Origin: Squalus acanthias
Lineage: Eukaryota
DNA length: 64,000 bases
Assembly (NCBI GenBank): GCA_030390025.1
Contig: CM059438.1
Location: forward strand, 63,490,001-63,554,000
Reading direction: 5' to 3'
The notes below the pieces were generated by a model. It saw nothing but the letters and a program-made list of their open reading frames with translations. It was not told where the DNA came from and searched no databases. Below, in pieces: positions 36,600 to 49,514 of the stretch (position 1 is its first letter; each line of letters begins with the position of its first letter). Position numbers and translations under genes: made by a program.

Positions 36600-38387
36600 T
36601 ACAGTCAGAAACGGGAGAATTTATAATGGGGAACAAGGAAATGGCTGAGCAATTAAACAAATACTTTGGTTCTGTCTTCACGGAAGAGGACACAAATAAC
36701 TTCCCAGACATGCTAGGGAACCAAGGGTCTAGTGAGAAGGAGGAATTAAAGGAAATTAGTATTAGTAAAAAAATAGTGCTGGAGAAATTAATGGGACTGA
36801 AAGCTAATAAATCCTCAGGGCCTGATAATCTGCATCCCAGAGTACTAAAAGAGGTAGCCATGGAAATAGTGGATGCATTGGTTGTCATCTTCCAAAATTC
36901 TTTAGATTATGGAACAGTTCCTGCAGATTGGAGGGTGGCAAATGTAACCCCACTATTTAAAAAAGGAGGGAGAGAGAAAACAGGGAACTACAGACTGGTT
37001 AGCCTAACATCAGTAGTAGGGAAAATGCTAGAGTCTATTATAAAGGATGTGATAACAGGACACTTAGAAAATATCAATGGGATTAGACATAGTCAACATG
37101 GATTTATGAAAGGGAAATCGTGTTTGACAAACCTACTGGAGTTTTTTGAGGATGTAACTGGTAGAATAGATAAAGGAGAACCAGTGGATGTGGTGTATTT
37201 TGATTTTCAGAAGGCCTTTGATAAAGTCCCACATAAGAGGTTAGTGCGCAAAATTAAAGCACATGGGATTGGGGGTAATATACTGGTATGGATTGAAAAT
37301 TGGTTAACAGGAAACAGAGAGTAGGAATAAATGGGTCTTTTTCGGGGTGGCAGGCGGTGACTAGTGAGGTACCGCAGGGATCAGTGCTTGGGCCCCAGCT
37401 ATTCACAATATATATCAATGATTTGGATGAGGGAACCAAATGTAATATTTCCAAGTTTGCTGATGACACAAAACTAGGTGGGATTGTGAGTTGTGAGAAG
37501 AATGCAAAGAGGCTTCAAGGCGATTTAGACAATTTGAGTGAGTGGGCAAATACATGTTAGATGCAGTATAACGTGGATAAATGTGAAGTTATCCACTTCG
37601 GTAGGAAAAACAGAAAGGTAGAGTATTATTTAAATGGTGCTAGATTGGGAAATGCTGATTTACAATGGGACCTGGGTGTCCTTGTACACCAGTCACTGAA
37701 AGCAAACATGCAGATACAGCAAGCAGTTAGGAAGGCAAATGGCATGTTGGCCTTCATTGCAAGAGGATTTGAGTACAGGAGCAAGGATGTCTTACTACAG
37801 TTGTACAGGGCCTTGGTGAGACCACACCTGGAGTACTGTGTGCAGTTTTGGTCTCCTTACCTAAGAAAGGATATACTTGCCATAGAAGGTGTGCAGCGAA
37901 GGTTCACCAGATGGATTTCTGGGATGGCAGGACTGTCGTATGAGGAGAGTTTGGGTTGACTAGGCCTGTATTCAATACAGTTTAGAAGAATGAGAGGGGA
38001 TCTCATTGAAACGTATAAAATTCTGACAGGGCTAGACAGACTGGATGCAGGGAGGATGTTTCCCCTGGCTGGGGGGTCTAGAATGAAGAGTCACAGTCTC
38101 AGGATACGGGGTAGGACATTTAGGACTGAGATGAGGAGAAATTTCTTCACTCAGAGGGTGGTGAACCTGTGGAATTCTCTACCACAGAAGGCTGTGGAGG
38201 CCAAGTCACTGAATATATTTAAGAAGGAGATAGATAGATTTCTAGACACAAAAGGCATCAAGGGGTATGGGGAGAGAGCGGGAATATGGTATTGAGATAG
38301 AGGATCAGCCATGATCATATTGAATGGTGGAGCAGGCTCAAAAGGCCGAATGGCCGACTCCTGCTCCTATTTTTCTATGTTTCTATG
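36600..38387 (+). mobile_element. CR1 LINE, 5'-truncated (RT to 3' tail)
   Basis: ORFs 36626-38295 with complete RT motifs; (TTTCTATG)n tail. Confidence 0.95.
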
Positions 38388-40000
38388 AGTAGTATGGCTT
38401 GTTAAAGTGACCCATGCATCAGTTCCTTCATATTACACAGTGACTAACTTTGTTTAATAGCTCGTTATAAAGCTTTATATAATACTAAAATTCATATCAG
38501 TCTATCAGTAATATTTTGCAATGTGTTCAGGACTTTGATCTGATTGGATGTTTGAGTTCACTGATAGTATTTTATAAACATATTTTTTGGCCTTTCTCAT
38601 CCATTAGGAATGCTTAATTTTTTTTAACATTCAAACATTATTTTGGCTTTTTGAAACAAATCGTGTTGATAATCGAACCCTTTCGTTAGTGAGTCAGTTT
38701 TCTTCCATTTTTAAGTTATGGTTATGTCTTTCTCTGAATTCTGGATATGATTTTGGTGATGTAATGAAAATGGAGGGTCATTAATTTCACTTAATTTCTC
38801 CTCAACTTTCACTGAAACACATGGTAGGAGACCAAGTTCAAGACAACAGATTAAAATCCCTGTATCACGATGAGACAGGAGCGACGTTGATGTTTTTGAA
38901 AGAGTCTACCAATATCTACACTTGTGCACCTAGTACATGTATCCTCAAGGTGCATGACAGCAGAAGCTTGAGAACAACTGCGTCTTGCAAATTGCATGTT
39001 GTTACATTTTTGGGTTTGACCCGAGATATCCTCCTTGGGTTGATTGGCACTGGCTGCTAGTGTAAGTGGTCCTTGCGTCCCCTATGAACCAGAGTGTGCC
39101 TTAACTTGTTCAATATCTAGGTAAATGTAATGAGACCCAAGGGGTTGAACAGAGAACCTGAAACACTTTACTCCAGCTTAATTGAAACGTCATGTGCGTC
39201 TGATACGTCATGTGCTGCTGTGTGATCTCCTCAACTTCAGTAGGTGGAAGAATAACACTATCAGGCTATGGCTCAGGTTATAAACCACAAGACAACTTTA
39301 TTGAACATAAAATGGATAAATGAGCAGTACTCAGTACAAAGGGTGTACTTACAGTAATTCAAGACTTTTACTAATCTCCTTGACAGATTACTAAACAGAT
39401 TATTTAAGGTAACTGTCAATGTAAGACTGACCCTTGAACCATGGTCACTTAGATCTTATATAGCTACTCGATCCCACGGAATCTGCCAATCAGGCTTGTA
39501 GCCTAACCGGCTTCAGACTGACTACACTCTGGCTGCAATTCGGCTAAAATATAGTCGGATATTCCTTTGAAGACAGACCTGAACAAAGAACATTAAAGCT
39601 ATATTTAAATAGTCAGGAATCCACAGGATTCAAAATGGTGTTTGTCCATCCAAGTACTGCTGACAAACCAACAAAACTATTTAAAAAAAAAGATCGACAG
39701 GACACTTTGAACTGGATGGCCTCCCCCACTACCTGTGACCAGCATCTTGTCCTACCTGAATGCTGCTGGAGAAATCCAATTAACACCTATTAGTAGCTGC
39801 ATTGAACACAGTGGACCTGGCCACCAAGTACAGAATTCCAATTTACAAATGTATGTCTGATATTGATGTCAGAGTGAGACTTGTCTTGAATATGATGACG
39901 AAAAAGCCCGTGCTATTTTGCTTTAAATTAAACTTAATTTTAACCCAACATGTACTGAGAGCAGCAAGACAAAACACGATAAATAATCCATCCAGATAAA

Positions 40001-40170
40001 AGTGTGTATGTGTATCTGTGTGTGTGTGTGTGTGTGTGTGAAAGAAAGAAAGACTTGCATTTATATAGCGCCTTTCACGACCAACGGACGTCTCAAAGCG
40101 CTTTACAGCCAATGAAGTACTTTTGAAGTGTAATGTGTGTGTATATGTGTGTGTGTGTGTGTATGTACAT
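40001..40170. repeat. (TG)n microsatellites flanking a Deu-SINE 3' fragment (40041-40132, minus strand)
   Basis: Direct inspection. Confidence 0.85.
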
Positions 40171-40525
40171 ATAAGATTCTGAGGGGGATTGACAGGGTAG
40201 ATGCTGAGAGGCTGGTTCCCCTGGCTGGAGATTCTAGAACTAGGGGGCATAGACTCAGGATAAGGGGATAAGACTGAGATGAGGAGGAATTTCTTCACTC
40301 AAAGGGTTGTGAATCTTTGGAATTCTCTGCCCCAAAGGGCTGTGGATGCTGAATTGTTGTGTATATTCAAGGCTGAGATTTTTGGACTTTAGGGGAATCA
40401 AGGGATGTGGGGATCGGGCGGGCATGTGGAGTTGAGGTCAAAGGTCAGCCATGATCTTATTGAATGGCGGAGCAGGCTCGAGGGGCCATATGGCCTACTC
40501 CTGCTTCTATTTCTTATGCTCTTAT
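40170..40525 (+). mobile_element. CR1 3' fragment
   Basis: Matches 26905-27280. Confidence 0.9.
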
Positions 40526-40611
40526 ATGTGTGTGTTTTATGTATATATGTGTGTATGTATGTGCATTTCTCTATCTCTTTCCCTCGTTCTGTTTCTTTTT
40601 CGGTAATATCT

Positions 40612-40715
40612 TGCAGTTTTGACAAGAGGTCCAAACCCAAAATGTCAACTTGTCTGTTCTCTTCATAGATGCTGCCTGACCTACTGAGTGTTTGCAGCAA
40701 TATCTGTAATTGTTT
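40612..40715 (+). mobile_element. Degenerate Penelope-like pLTR (second family)
   Basis: TTGACAAGAGG...CCCAAAATGTCAAC...GATGCTGCCTGACCTACTGAGT, a decayed hammerhead-type arrangement. Confidence 0.5.
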
Positions 40716-41708
40716 CTGTGCTATTTTCCTTTAAGTAAACCTTAGTTTGGATCCTGTGTGCACCGGGCCCAGCAAGACAGAACTCAATAATAATAATCCA
40801 TCACAGATTAAAAAAAAGGACCTCACTATTATCACATCAAATTGCTTTTCGAACATATTTTTTATTTAAAAAAGGGGAATAAAAAGCTATTAAGATATAA
40901 TGGGCCTCCCTTTTAATGATGACTTGGAAGAAAATGTTGCTAAAGAAGAGGGAAGTTATCTATTAATAAAGAAGCCATAATCCACATGAATGCTGTCTCA
41001 GTCCGATGAAAGCAATTCACAGAACCTGCATTGTTTTCAGTTTGTTTTGCTTTGACGAGGTCACTGCCGAGTGTGTTGGATTTGCGTCGGATTGCTTCAT
41101 CCGAAGTGATCGTTCCACCCCGTCACCCCCCAGAAGCTGCTTTGCAGTTGTTAACCAATGTTGGGAGGAAGTGATTTGTGAAGAACCAATTCCCAAAACA
41201 AACTCAACCGAGAGGTGCGAGATCAAATACAGAGCTGCTTTGATGGCATTCAGTCACACTGGGAATACTATCTTGTTTCAGTCAGAGACCGAAGCCAGCA
41301 AAGAGCAAAATAAAACTTGATGAGGCCAAACTGATGGTGTGAATTCTGTTATTGCCATCTCTTTACACGGCCATGGTGACCTTATTTAATGATGGTTGTG
41401 GAAGGCCTATACGATGCCAGTTGTGAGTGGGGCCTAACCAATGTGGACCATCAAAGCACAATTACTCTGTTAACTATAACATTTATAGATGTTTCAGTGT
41501 TGGCCCAGGTCAGTTATACTGGGTATGAATTTCTACAGACATGTCTGTAATTACAAATGGACATTATTTAGATCACTGCTAAGCTTGATTGAAGGTTTAT
41601 GGTTTTAACCTCTGGGCTAACAACAGCAGAAATTAATTTAATTATCCAACATCCATTATCTGTAAATCTATTCTTGACTGCACATTAGAAGTGCCCAGCA
41701 ACTTGATC

Positions 41709-41921
41709 TGTGTGTGTGCACGTGTTTATGTATGTGTGTGTATGTATGTGTTTATGTGTGTGTACGTATGTGTTTATGTATGCATGTGTACATATGTGTT
41801 GATGTATTTGTGTGTATGTATGTGTGTGTATGTATGTGTTGATGTATTTGTGTGTATGTATGTGTTGATGTATGTATGTGTTGATGTATGTGTGTGTATG
41901 TATGTGTTTATGTATGTATGT
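41709..41921. repeat. Compound (TG)/(TATG) microsatellite
   Basis: Direct inspection. Confidence 0.9.
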
Positions 41922-44756
41922 GGGGGTTGGGGGATTTGTGTGTTTGATATTTGAGATATGGGATGGCAATGCTGAGGAGCATGATACTTTTCCAATTTCC
42001 TTTCTGAATCAGCCAAAACCGTTCTAGGGCTGGTAGAGCTTGGGCCACATGCCACGCTAACCAGACCTACATAAACTCAACATCTAGCCGTTCCATTCTC
42101 AGGGCTCAAGGTTCTACTTTTGCATTGCCAGCTTGCAATTTTCCACCCATTCGCTTTAATGGAGGGAAAATCAAGGGCTGGTGAGCATAGAAGGGAATCT
42201 CTACCTCTTATAATAGCAGCGCTCGTGCAATAAATGTATTGGATGTTCTTGTCCTCATAGTGCATCGAGAGGGAGCTGGTTGAAGTATTATTGTAGCAGC
42301 AGAATTGCAACAATAAATTGGTGATAATATTTAACGGGACTTTCTTTTTGCTCTGGGTCAGTGTCCAGTGGGAACTCCTAAACGTATTTCATCTGTCAGA
42401 GAGAGAAGAATCTGCTTTACCATCTGTCTGAGCTGGAAGTATTGTGTCAAATACATCCACAAGAGGTAAAAATTAATATTCCAGTATGCTTTAAGATTAT
42501 CACTCAGTTTAAAGTCCCATAAAATAGTATAAACGATGCCTTTATCATCATGATTAAATGAAGCCATGGTGCAACTCATTGAAGAGATGAGAACTTTGGC
42601 CATGTGTTAATGGTTTATTCAGCCAACTGGATCACTTTTCCAGTGGCCTGGATTCTCCTCTGAATCAGCACCCATTTTGGGATGGATTTTGGACAATAAA
42701 CAGTGTAAAATAATTCTTCGAGGCTACCACAAAAATCTGCACTTGACCTTATTACATTTCCCCTGATCCAGGTCTCAAAAGTTGAATGCTTACACAGAAA
42801 TGAACTCAGGTTGGCGATCAAGCTGTCTTTAACTTAAACAACCATATTCACCAGAAAATGCCAACAAAATCCTTTCTCCCTTTCTACAACTACTTCTTAA
42901 CACCGTGACTGCCTTTTATGCCAATTAACTTACCTATTCTAGTTCCTAATTGACTGCCCCTGCAAAGTGCTCCCTGAGTGAAATGGGGTTTAAGTGATGC
43001 ATTTCTAGTTATCCTGGAGCCCTTGAGATATGAGGTGACTCTGGTCTTGGTAACTCCTGTCCCAGAAGGACCAACCTCTGGGGCCCATGTCTGGTGCCCT
43101 CTCGCGTGAGGGCGTTGGAGGGGATGTTAAGGAAATTAGTTTATTGCCGCTCTCCGGAGAGGCAGCAATATCTGCACCCTCTCCTGGCAGACTACTGGTG
43201 CTGGGCACAGGCTCAGAGGTGCGACTGGTTAGTATCATCACAGACCTCATAGTCCCAATGAGGTCTTGGCAGCCCTGTGCATGTGTGGCATTCAGACTGA
43301 CCCTCAAGGCATCTATTGAACCATTGGTAGCTGCCTCTCCAGAAGCCATTACCGTCCTCAGAAGTTCTTCCTGGCATCTTGTTGCTGCAGAAATCTGCTG
43401 GGCTATTACAATGTCTGGGGTATTCTATAGGTCATGAGAAACTAACTGCAATGTGCTGCAGTGCAGGTCATGGACTGCTCTCACTTATCCATCATCTCGA
43501 CCATATGCGTTGAAACCATCTCCACTGGCTCCGCATGAGACGATGCTCCCAATCATTGTACTTTTGAAAATTGGACACTTGAGATCTGGGTGCCCAGGCT
43601 GCTCAGCCGAGGGTGGTCATTTCTTCCCCCTCCGTGGAGGAATGACACTCTCCCTCTGTTCCACTCCCGCTTCCTCATTCTCACTAGTTCTCAATGACCC
43701 ACCCAGTGACAACCCTTCTGAGTGTCAAACAAATTCCTCATGAGTGGGTGTCTCTGTGTTGGTGCTTGCACAGGTAAGATGTCAGGATGGATTTGGTGAG
43801 GATTTAGTACCGGCCGTTGATCTGGAAGTGCCCAGGCGGTCATTAGAGTGGGTGGCTTCTTCTTGCAAATCACCCCCTATAGTGTGAATGACAGAAGTGC
43901 TTGTTTAACACACAGTGACATAAGCTTTTGAAGAAATAATGGCTTGAATGTAAGGGCATTGCAATACTTTGAGGAAGTACATGAATCTGAAACTACACTA
44001 CATTGCTGCAGGACTTCCTCAGGGCAGTGTCCTAGGCCCAACCATCTTCAGCTGGTTCATCAATGAGCTTCCCTCCATCATAAGGTCAGAAGTGAGGATG
44101 TTCGTTGATGATTGCAGTGTTCAGTTCCACTAGTAACTCCTCATATAATGAAGCAGTCTGTGCCCACATGCAGCAAGACCTGGACAACATTCAGGCTTGG
44201 GCTGATAAGTGGCAAGTAACATTCGCACCGGACGAGTGCTCGGCAATGACTATCTCCAACAAGAGAGAGTCTAACCACCTCCCCTTGACATTCAGTGGCA
44301 TGACCATGGTTGAAACATCCACTATCAACATCCTTGGGGTATTCACTGACCAGAAACTTAACTGGACCAGCCACATAAATACTGTGGCTACAAGAGCAGG
44401 TCAGAGGCTGGGTATTCTGTGGCGAGTGTCTCACCTGCTGACCTCCCAAAGCCTTTCTACCATCTACAAGGCACATGTCAGGAGTATGGTGGAATATTTT
44501 CCACTTGCCTGGAAAAGTGCAGCTCCAAGAACACTCAAGAAGCTCGACACCATCCAGGACAAAGCAGCCCGCTTACTTGGCACCCCATCCACCACATTAA
44601 ACATTCACTCCCTCCACCACCGGCATACTGTGGCTACAGTGTGTACCATCTACAAGGTGCACTGCAGCAACTTCCCAAGGCTTCTTTGACAGCATCTCCC
44701 AAACTCACAACCTCTACCACCTAGAAGGACAAGGGCAGCAGGTGCATGGGAACACC

Positions 44757-46245
44757 TGTAAGATTCTCAAAATTCACAGATCCCCCTAAACTCTAAGAAA
44801 AACCCTAAGGAAAAAGACTTTGGACTCTTCTAGCTATTACAGGGTGGTGAAGTACATTGGGCCTAACCGAAGGACATTTTAGAGCAAAAACCAAGATTTG
44901 GTATTTTAAAAGACATGTCTGGACTTGTAAGGGAGAAAAGGCTGTAAAGGAAGGTGGGCTCAACCTCTGTTAAGACAGTTTGGGTATTGGAGTTAATGAA
45001 AACTGTCTGGGGAACCGCATGACCTCACTGGGAGTTAAATCGGCCCCTATCAGACATTAACATCCTAACAATAAACCCAAGGAAAAACAGTCTCCACCCC
45101 AAGTTACAGAGCCCATTAAAGACATGCATAAAACAGATTACTTCGGCCTACTCTATAGAAATCCTAGGCCCAGTCAAGAAACCCAAAACATGAGGACAAT
45201 CAACTACGATTAAGTAGCAAATCGACAGGATGGGGCCATCCCGAAACCACTTCACACCTTAACAAACCAGTTACCGTTAACGAGCCCGCCAAAATCTAAC
45301 AATGACCGGGATCTGATTTGGCGCACAGATAAGGGAGCTTCAATGGGTATAATTGAAGGCCCGTTCTCAACCTGAAAAAGAAGAAGAGGAAGGAAGAACA
45401 ACAAGACATCCACGGAGGCATTCTCCGCAACACAGTTCTAAAAACACCACCGTTCAGCGTTCCGTGTCCAGCCAGAAGGTCGACAGCTCGAAGGCCAGAC
45501 CATCCAACAAAGTAAGCCGACACGTGGAAGAAACCAGAACGACCGCCTCAGTGACCAGCGGACACCTTGCGGCAACAAGGGCTAAACGAAAACAACCAAC
45601 CGAACATCAAGTACCAAGATTGGGCCACCGCGACCAAAGGAAACCAACTCGAAGAAAAACCGAAGATCCGCAAAGTTTCCACTCTACAATCTACTCCTGA
45701 CTTACCCCTGGGTAAGATTTTCCCTTAAAAAACTCTAAACCCTACTTCTAAACCAAAGAAAAGTGGGTACTCACCTGATAGATCCAATACGCACCCTACC
45801 GCATCAGCGGACTCGCGAAGACTGACCAGATACGCAGTTGAAGTCCTCTACCGCGTACGGGGTATGGCAGACACCAACCGACATATAGAGTGAACCCCAA
45901 AACCGCGAACTAGCCTAACTGTCAAGGATTCTGGTGAGTATCATCCCTGGTCCTCTAGAGTCCAACCTAGCTAGTAAAGTGGGATTGGGAGGAGTGAAGT
46001 ATTCTTCTAATGTTATTTCCCTCGCTTGTGCTGAAGTGTTCCCCATTTTTAGAGTGTTAAGAGTGTTTGTGTTGTGTTTTTACTTTCTTGAATAAAGATC
46101 AGAGTTCTTGCATCAAAACCAGTTGCCTGCTGCACTTTTTGTCACAACCCCCAAATAAGTCCAAGATCTAGAACCAAGGGAGTGGGAGCGATTCGAACCG
46201 CTCAGAAGTCAGAGGTGAAGCTGACACAAACCACCACCCCCTACA
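44757..46245 (+). mobile_element. Candidate solo LTR (1489 bp)
   Basis: Clean insertion in the LINE 3' UTR with TGTA...TACA ends, TATA-like box ~45348 and AATAAA at 46091; no coding homology. Confidence 0.65.
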
Positions 46246-46412
46246 ACCACCACCTCCAAATTTCCCTCCAAGTCGCACACCGTCCTGACTTGGAAATATA
46301 TTACCGTTCCTTCATCGTCACTGGGTCAAAATCCTGGAACTTCCTCCCTAACAGCACTGTGGGAGTACCTTCACCACACGGACTGCAGCGGTTCAAGAAG
46401 GTGGCTTAGCGC

Positions 46413-46577
46413 CAATGTTCCCTGTAATTTTTTTTGGTGCCACGCGGTCCCTTTAAGTGGCTGCGTGGGCCATTAAAAATACCGCGCATGCACGGTTTTT
46501 GCCTTTGAAAAGCCGGCACGCCAGCTGCGCGGGATCCCTGGAGCGCTGTGTGGCCACAGGGCTGACAGGGAACATTG
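46413..46577. mobile_element. hAT-type MITE (165 bp)
   Basis: Perfect 13-bp TIR CAATGTTCCCTGT/ACAGGGAACATTG; degenerate 8-bp TSD cttagcgc/ctcatcac. Confidence 0.8.
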
Positions 46578-46879
46578 CTCATCACCACCTTCTCAAGGGC
46601 AATTAGGGATGTGCAATAAATGCTGGCCTTGCCAGCAATTCCCTCATCCTGTGAATGAATAAAAAAAAAACCTGATGAGCCTTGTCCTGCCTTTACCAAC
46701 CTTCTCTTGCCAGCCCATCTCCGCACTCTGCTAGAGGTTCACCTGTCCATCTACCCATTAAGTCTGACACCTCATCTTCCTGTGGCCTCAGCATTTTCAG
46801 TGACGATGGTCCTTTCCTGGTTGTCCTTCTGTGGTGCTTGTTGTACACCATTTTTCCCTTTGGAAGGCGAGAAGACAAT

Positions 46880-47020
46880 GGGCTGGATTTTGCGGAGGGT
46901 CAGCGGGTGGGATCGGTGGCGGGTCGGGTGGGAAACTGTTTTTTTCCCCCAGCAGCGGGGTCAGGACCCGTCACCGACATCACCCGCCACGGACCCGCCG
47001 AGATAAGCAAAATCGCAGCA
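46880..47020. mobile_element. Short Harbinger-type MITE; related piece at ~53915-54060
   Basis: Starts GGGCTGGATTTT like family B; shares CCAGCAGCGGGGT..GACCCG.CACC.AC.TC.CCCGCCACGGACCC with 53989-54036. Confidence 0.65.
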
Positions 47021-47782
47021 ATTGTTACAGGCCTGTGAGTGTCATGGCGATTTCCACCCCCCCCCCCCCCGCACCCCTATGAGGCCATGTGTACTATGAT
47101 AATAAGAGGTGAAGGTGCCTTGTTCCTTTAAAAGATCCTTGAAGACTAGAAGAGGCCCATGTGGCAGGCAAAGTGATTTGAGAGAGTGGTTTTGAATAAA
47201 GAAAGTACTTAAGAGGATCAAATGGTTACCCTTAGCAGTTCTTTTGACACTTAGGTGCCAAGAGAGAAAAAGTATGATAGGTAAGGAGTTAAGTGAATGG
47301 TAGAGGATATATTTTGACACCAGTGCTTTGACTTACCTTGGCCATGCTTGAGGTCATTGAACCTCTTCCTGCATTGTGTGGCAGTTCTTGGGGTGATGGA
47401 AGTTGGACTGACTGCTTATGATACTTCCTTCCAGATAGCCTGCGCCACTCTCTTATGGGGCTTCCTGCCTTTAATGCCCATCAGACAGTTCTTCCTCACC
47501 CTCACTTCTGCCAGTAGCACCTCCATGGAAAATCTGCGATCCCTTTCATTTACTGCCACCGCTAGACTGCTGCTCCTTCTGCCATCTTGCTGAAAAGTGA
47601 TGTTGCCCTTTAACTGGCTTCAGCCTTTTAAAAGCTGCACTAGAAGTGTATTTCTCTTCCTCCCAGAGGTGGTTAGCCAATAATGGGCAATCTTCTGGCC
47701 TCCAAACCGGCCCAAAATGCTAATGAGGGTCCTGGAAGGTAATTGCGATCGATTAACGATGGTTTCACATTGACGTACATTG

Positions 47783-48213
47783 GAAAAAAAGCCTTGCATT
47801 TATATAGCGCCTTTCACGACCACCAGACGTCCCAAAGCGCTTTATAGCCAATGAAGTACTTTTTTGAAGTGTAGTCGCTGTTTTAATGTAGGAAATGTGG
47901 CAACCAATCTGCGCACAGCAAGCTCCCACAAACAGCAATGTGATAATGACCAGATAATCTGTTTTTTTTAGTGATGTTGATTGAGGGATAAACACCGGGG
48001 CTAACTCTCCTGCTCTTCTTCAAAATAGCGCCATGGGATCTTTTACGTCCACCTGAGAGGGCAGACGGGGCCTCGGTTTAACGTCTTATCTGAAAGACGG
48101 CACCTCTGACAATGCAGCGCTCCCTCAGTATGCACTGGGAGTGTCAGACTAGATTTTTCTGCTCGAGTCTTTGGAGTGGGACTTGAACCCACAACCTTCT
48201 GACTCAGAGGCGA
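47783..48213 (-). mobile_element. Deu-domain SINE
   Basis: Collinear with 21139-21600. Confidence 0.88.
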
Positions 48214-49070
48214 GTTAGGCGAGAAAATACGACAATGGGAGGGGAGTCCAAGCCAGTGTGTCCTGTTAACTGTTTTTCAATTTGGATATCTGTAGTTTTC
48301 AGGTAACTGCCACAGACCATGCTTGAATAGAGCTCTTTACCTTGAAAATCGTAGTTAGTCATTTTGAATAGCTATTGATAACATACAAGTTGAACTGACC
48401 AGGTCTTACAGTGTCGATGAGTGCTCAGCTTGTTAAATTGCAGGCAAGTGAGTCAATGCCCATTACTCTTTGCAAATTGCAGGGGCAAGTGGCTCTTGGG
48501 ATTCTCTGGCAATTAAACATGGATTTTGAACATTCTTCCAAATGAGGAGCAATCAGTGTTAATGTGAAATAATTGTGAAGTCATGAGCAAGTGTTGGTCC
48601 CTTTGTATTTGAGTTTAATGTAACAGTCCACTAACACAGGCCTGACCACCCCCCCTACACAGGGAAAATACTGTTCAAGGATGAGTGACAAACTTTGGGA
48701 GCACCAAGTGGAGTTTTGATGGTTGTGGGGTGGGGAGGGGGGATTTCTGAATACAGAAGAGGCCTGTTGAAGGGAAGGCCGGCATTAAATGTGTGCTTTA
48801 GAGATTGAGGGTGGTGCCTGAGAAAAAGTCCTCATTAACCTTTTCACTGCCACATTGCTTCTGTGGTATTCTCACTTTAGTCCTTTTACTAAATGGTGCT
48901 GATGATGTCTTGTCATTGACACTTCAAAGCTACAAGATATCAGGAAAACCAAGTTAATTAACCAATTGAGTTCAGAGGGGTACATTAACTGGAAGGAAAG
49001 AAAACTAGCATTTATATTGCAGTGTCACATCCTCTGGATGTACCAAAGCACTTTTCAATCAATAGTATAT

Positions 49071-49514
49071 GGGAATGGTGGCATAGTGGTTATGTTACTG
49101 GACTAGGTCAGGACTAATGATTCCTGAGACATGAGTTCAAAATCCCCCCCAGGGCAGCTGGGGAATTTAAATTTAGTTAATTAAATAAATCTGGAATAAA
49201 AAAAACTAATATCAGTAATGAAACTACGAGATTTGTTGTTAATAAACCCATCTGGTTCACTTATGTCCTTTAGGGAAGGAAATCTGCTGTCCTTACCTGG
49301 TCTGGCCTATATGTGACTCCAGACCCACAGCAATGTGGTTGACTCTTAACTGCCCTCTGAAATGGCCCAGCAAGCCATTCAGTTGTAACAAACCGCTACA
49401 ATGAACAACAGTTCAAGAAGGCAGCTCACCACCACCATCTCAAGGGCAATTAGGGATGGGCAATAAATGCTGGCCTTGCCAGCGACGCCCACATCCCATG
49501 AACAAATAAAAAAA
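49071..49514 (+). mobile_element. tRNA-derived SINE (probable Meta-domain) with the 3' tail of the Crack/L2-like LINE
   Basis: A/B boxes TGGCATAGTGG and GAGTTCAAAATCC; core CCCATCTGGTTCAC...AGGGAAGGAAATCTGC...CTGGTCTGGCC; last ~100 bp match 24135-24235. Confidence 0.8.

Larger units (their letters stand above)
44000..46670 (+). mobile_element. CR1-group (Crack/L2-like) LINE 3' part, interrupted by a solo LTR and a hAT MITE
   Basis: [29 protein letters not shown]; same 3' UTR as 23512-24236. Confidence 0.88.
43005..47585 (-). pseudogene. Divergent Harbinger Myb/SANT gene: exon 1 47585-47337, exon 2 46857-46701, exon 3 ~43877-43005
   Basis: Exon 1 RRFSMEVLLAEV...IWKEVS*AVS...RTATQCRKRFNDL then GTAAGT; exon 2 KMVYNKHHRRTTRKGP...EDEV..L.G....GDG aligns with the other exon-2 copies; exon 3 limits uncertain. 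Confidence 0.7.

Noticed and set aside
39060..39860. Possible LTR or old retroelement remnant
   Set aside because: Some LTR-like texture, but no termini, TSD or convincing protein motif could be defined
41685..42055. His/Thr- and Cys/Val-rich ORFs
   Set aside because: Translations of a TG/TATG microsatellite
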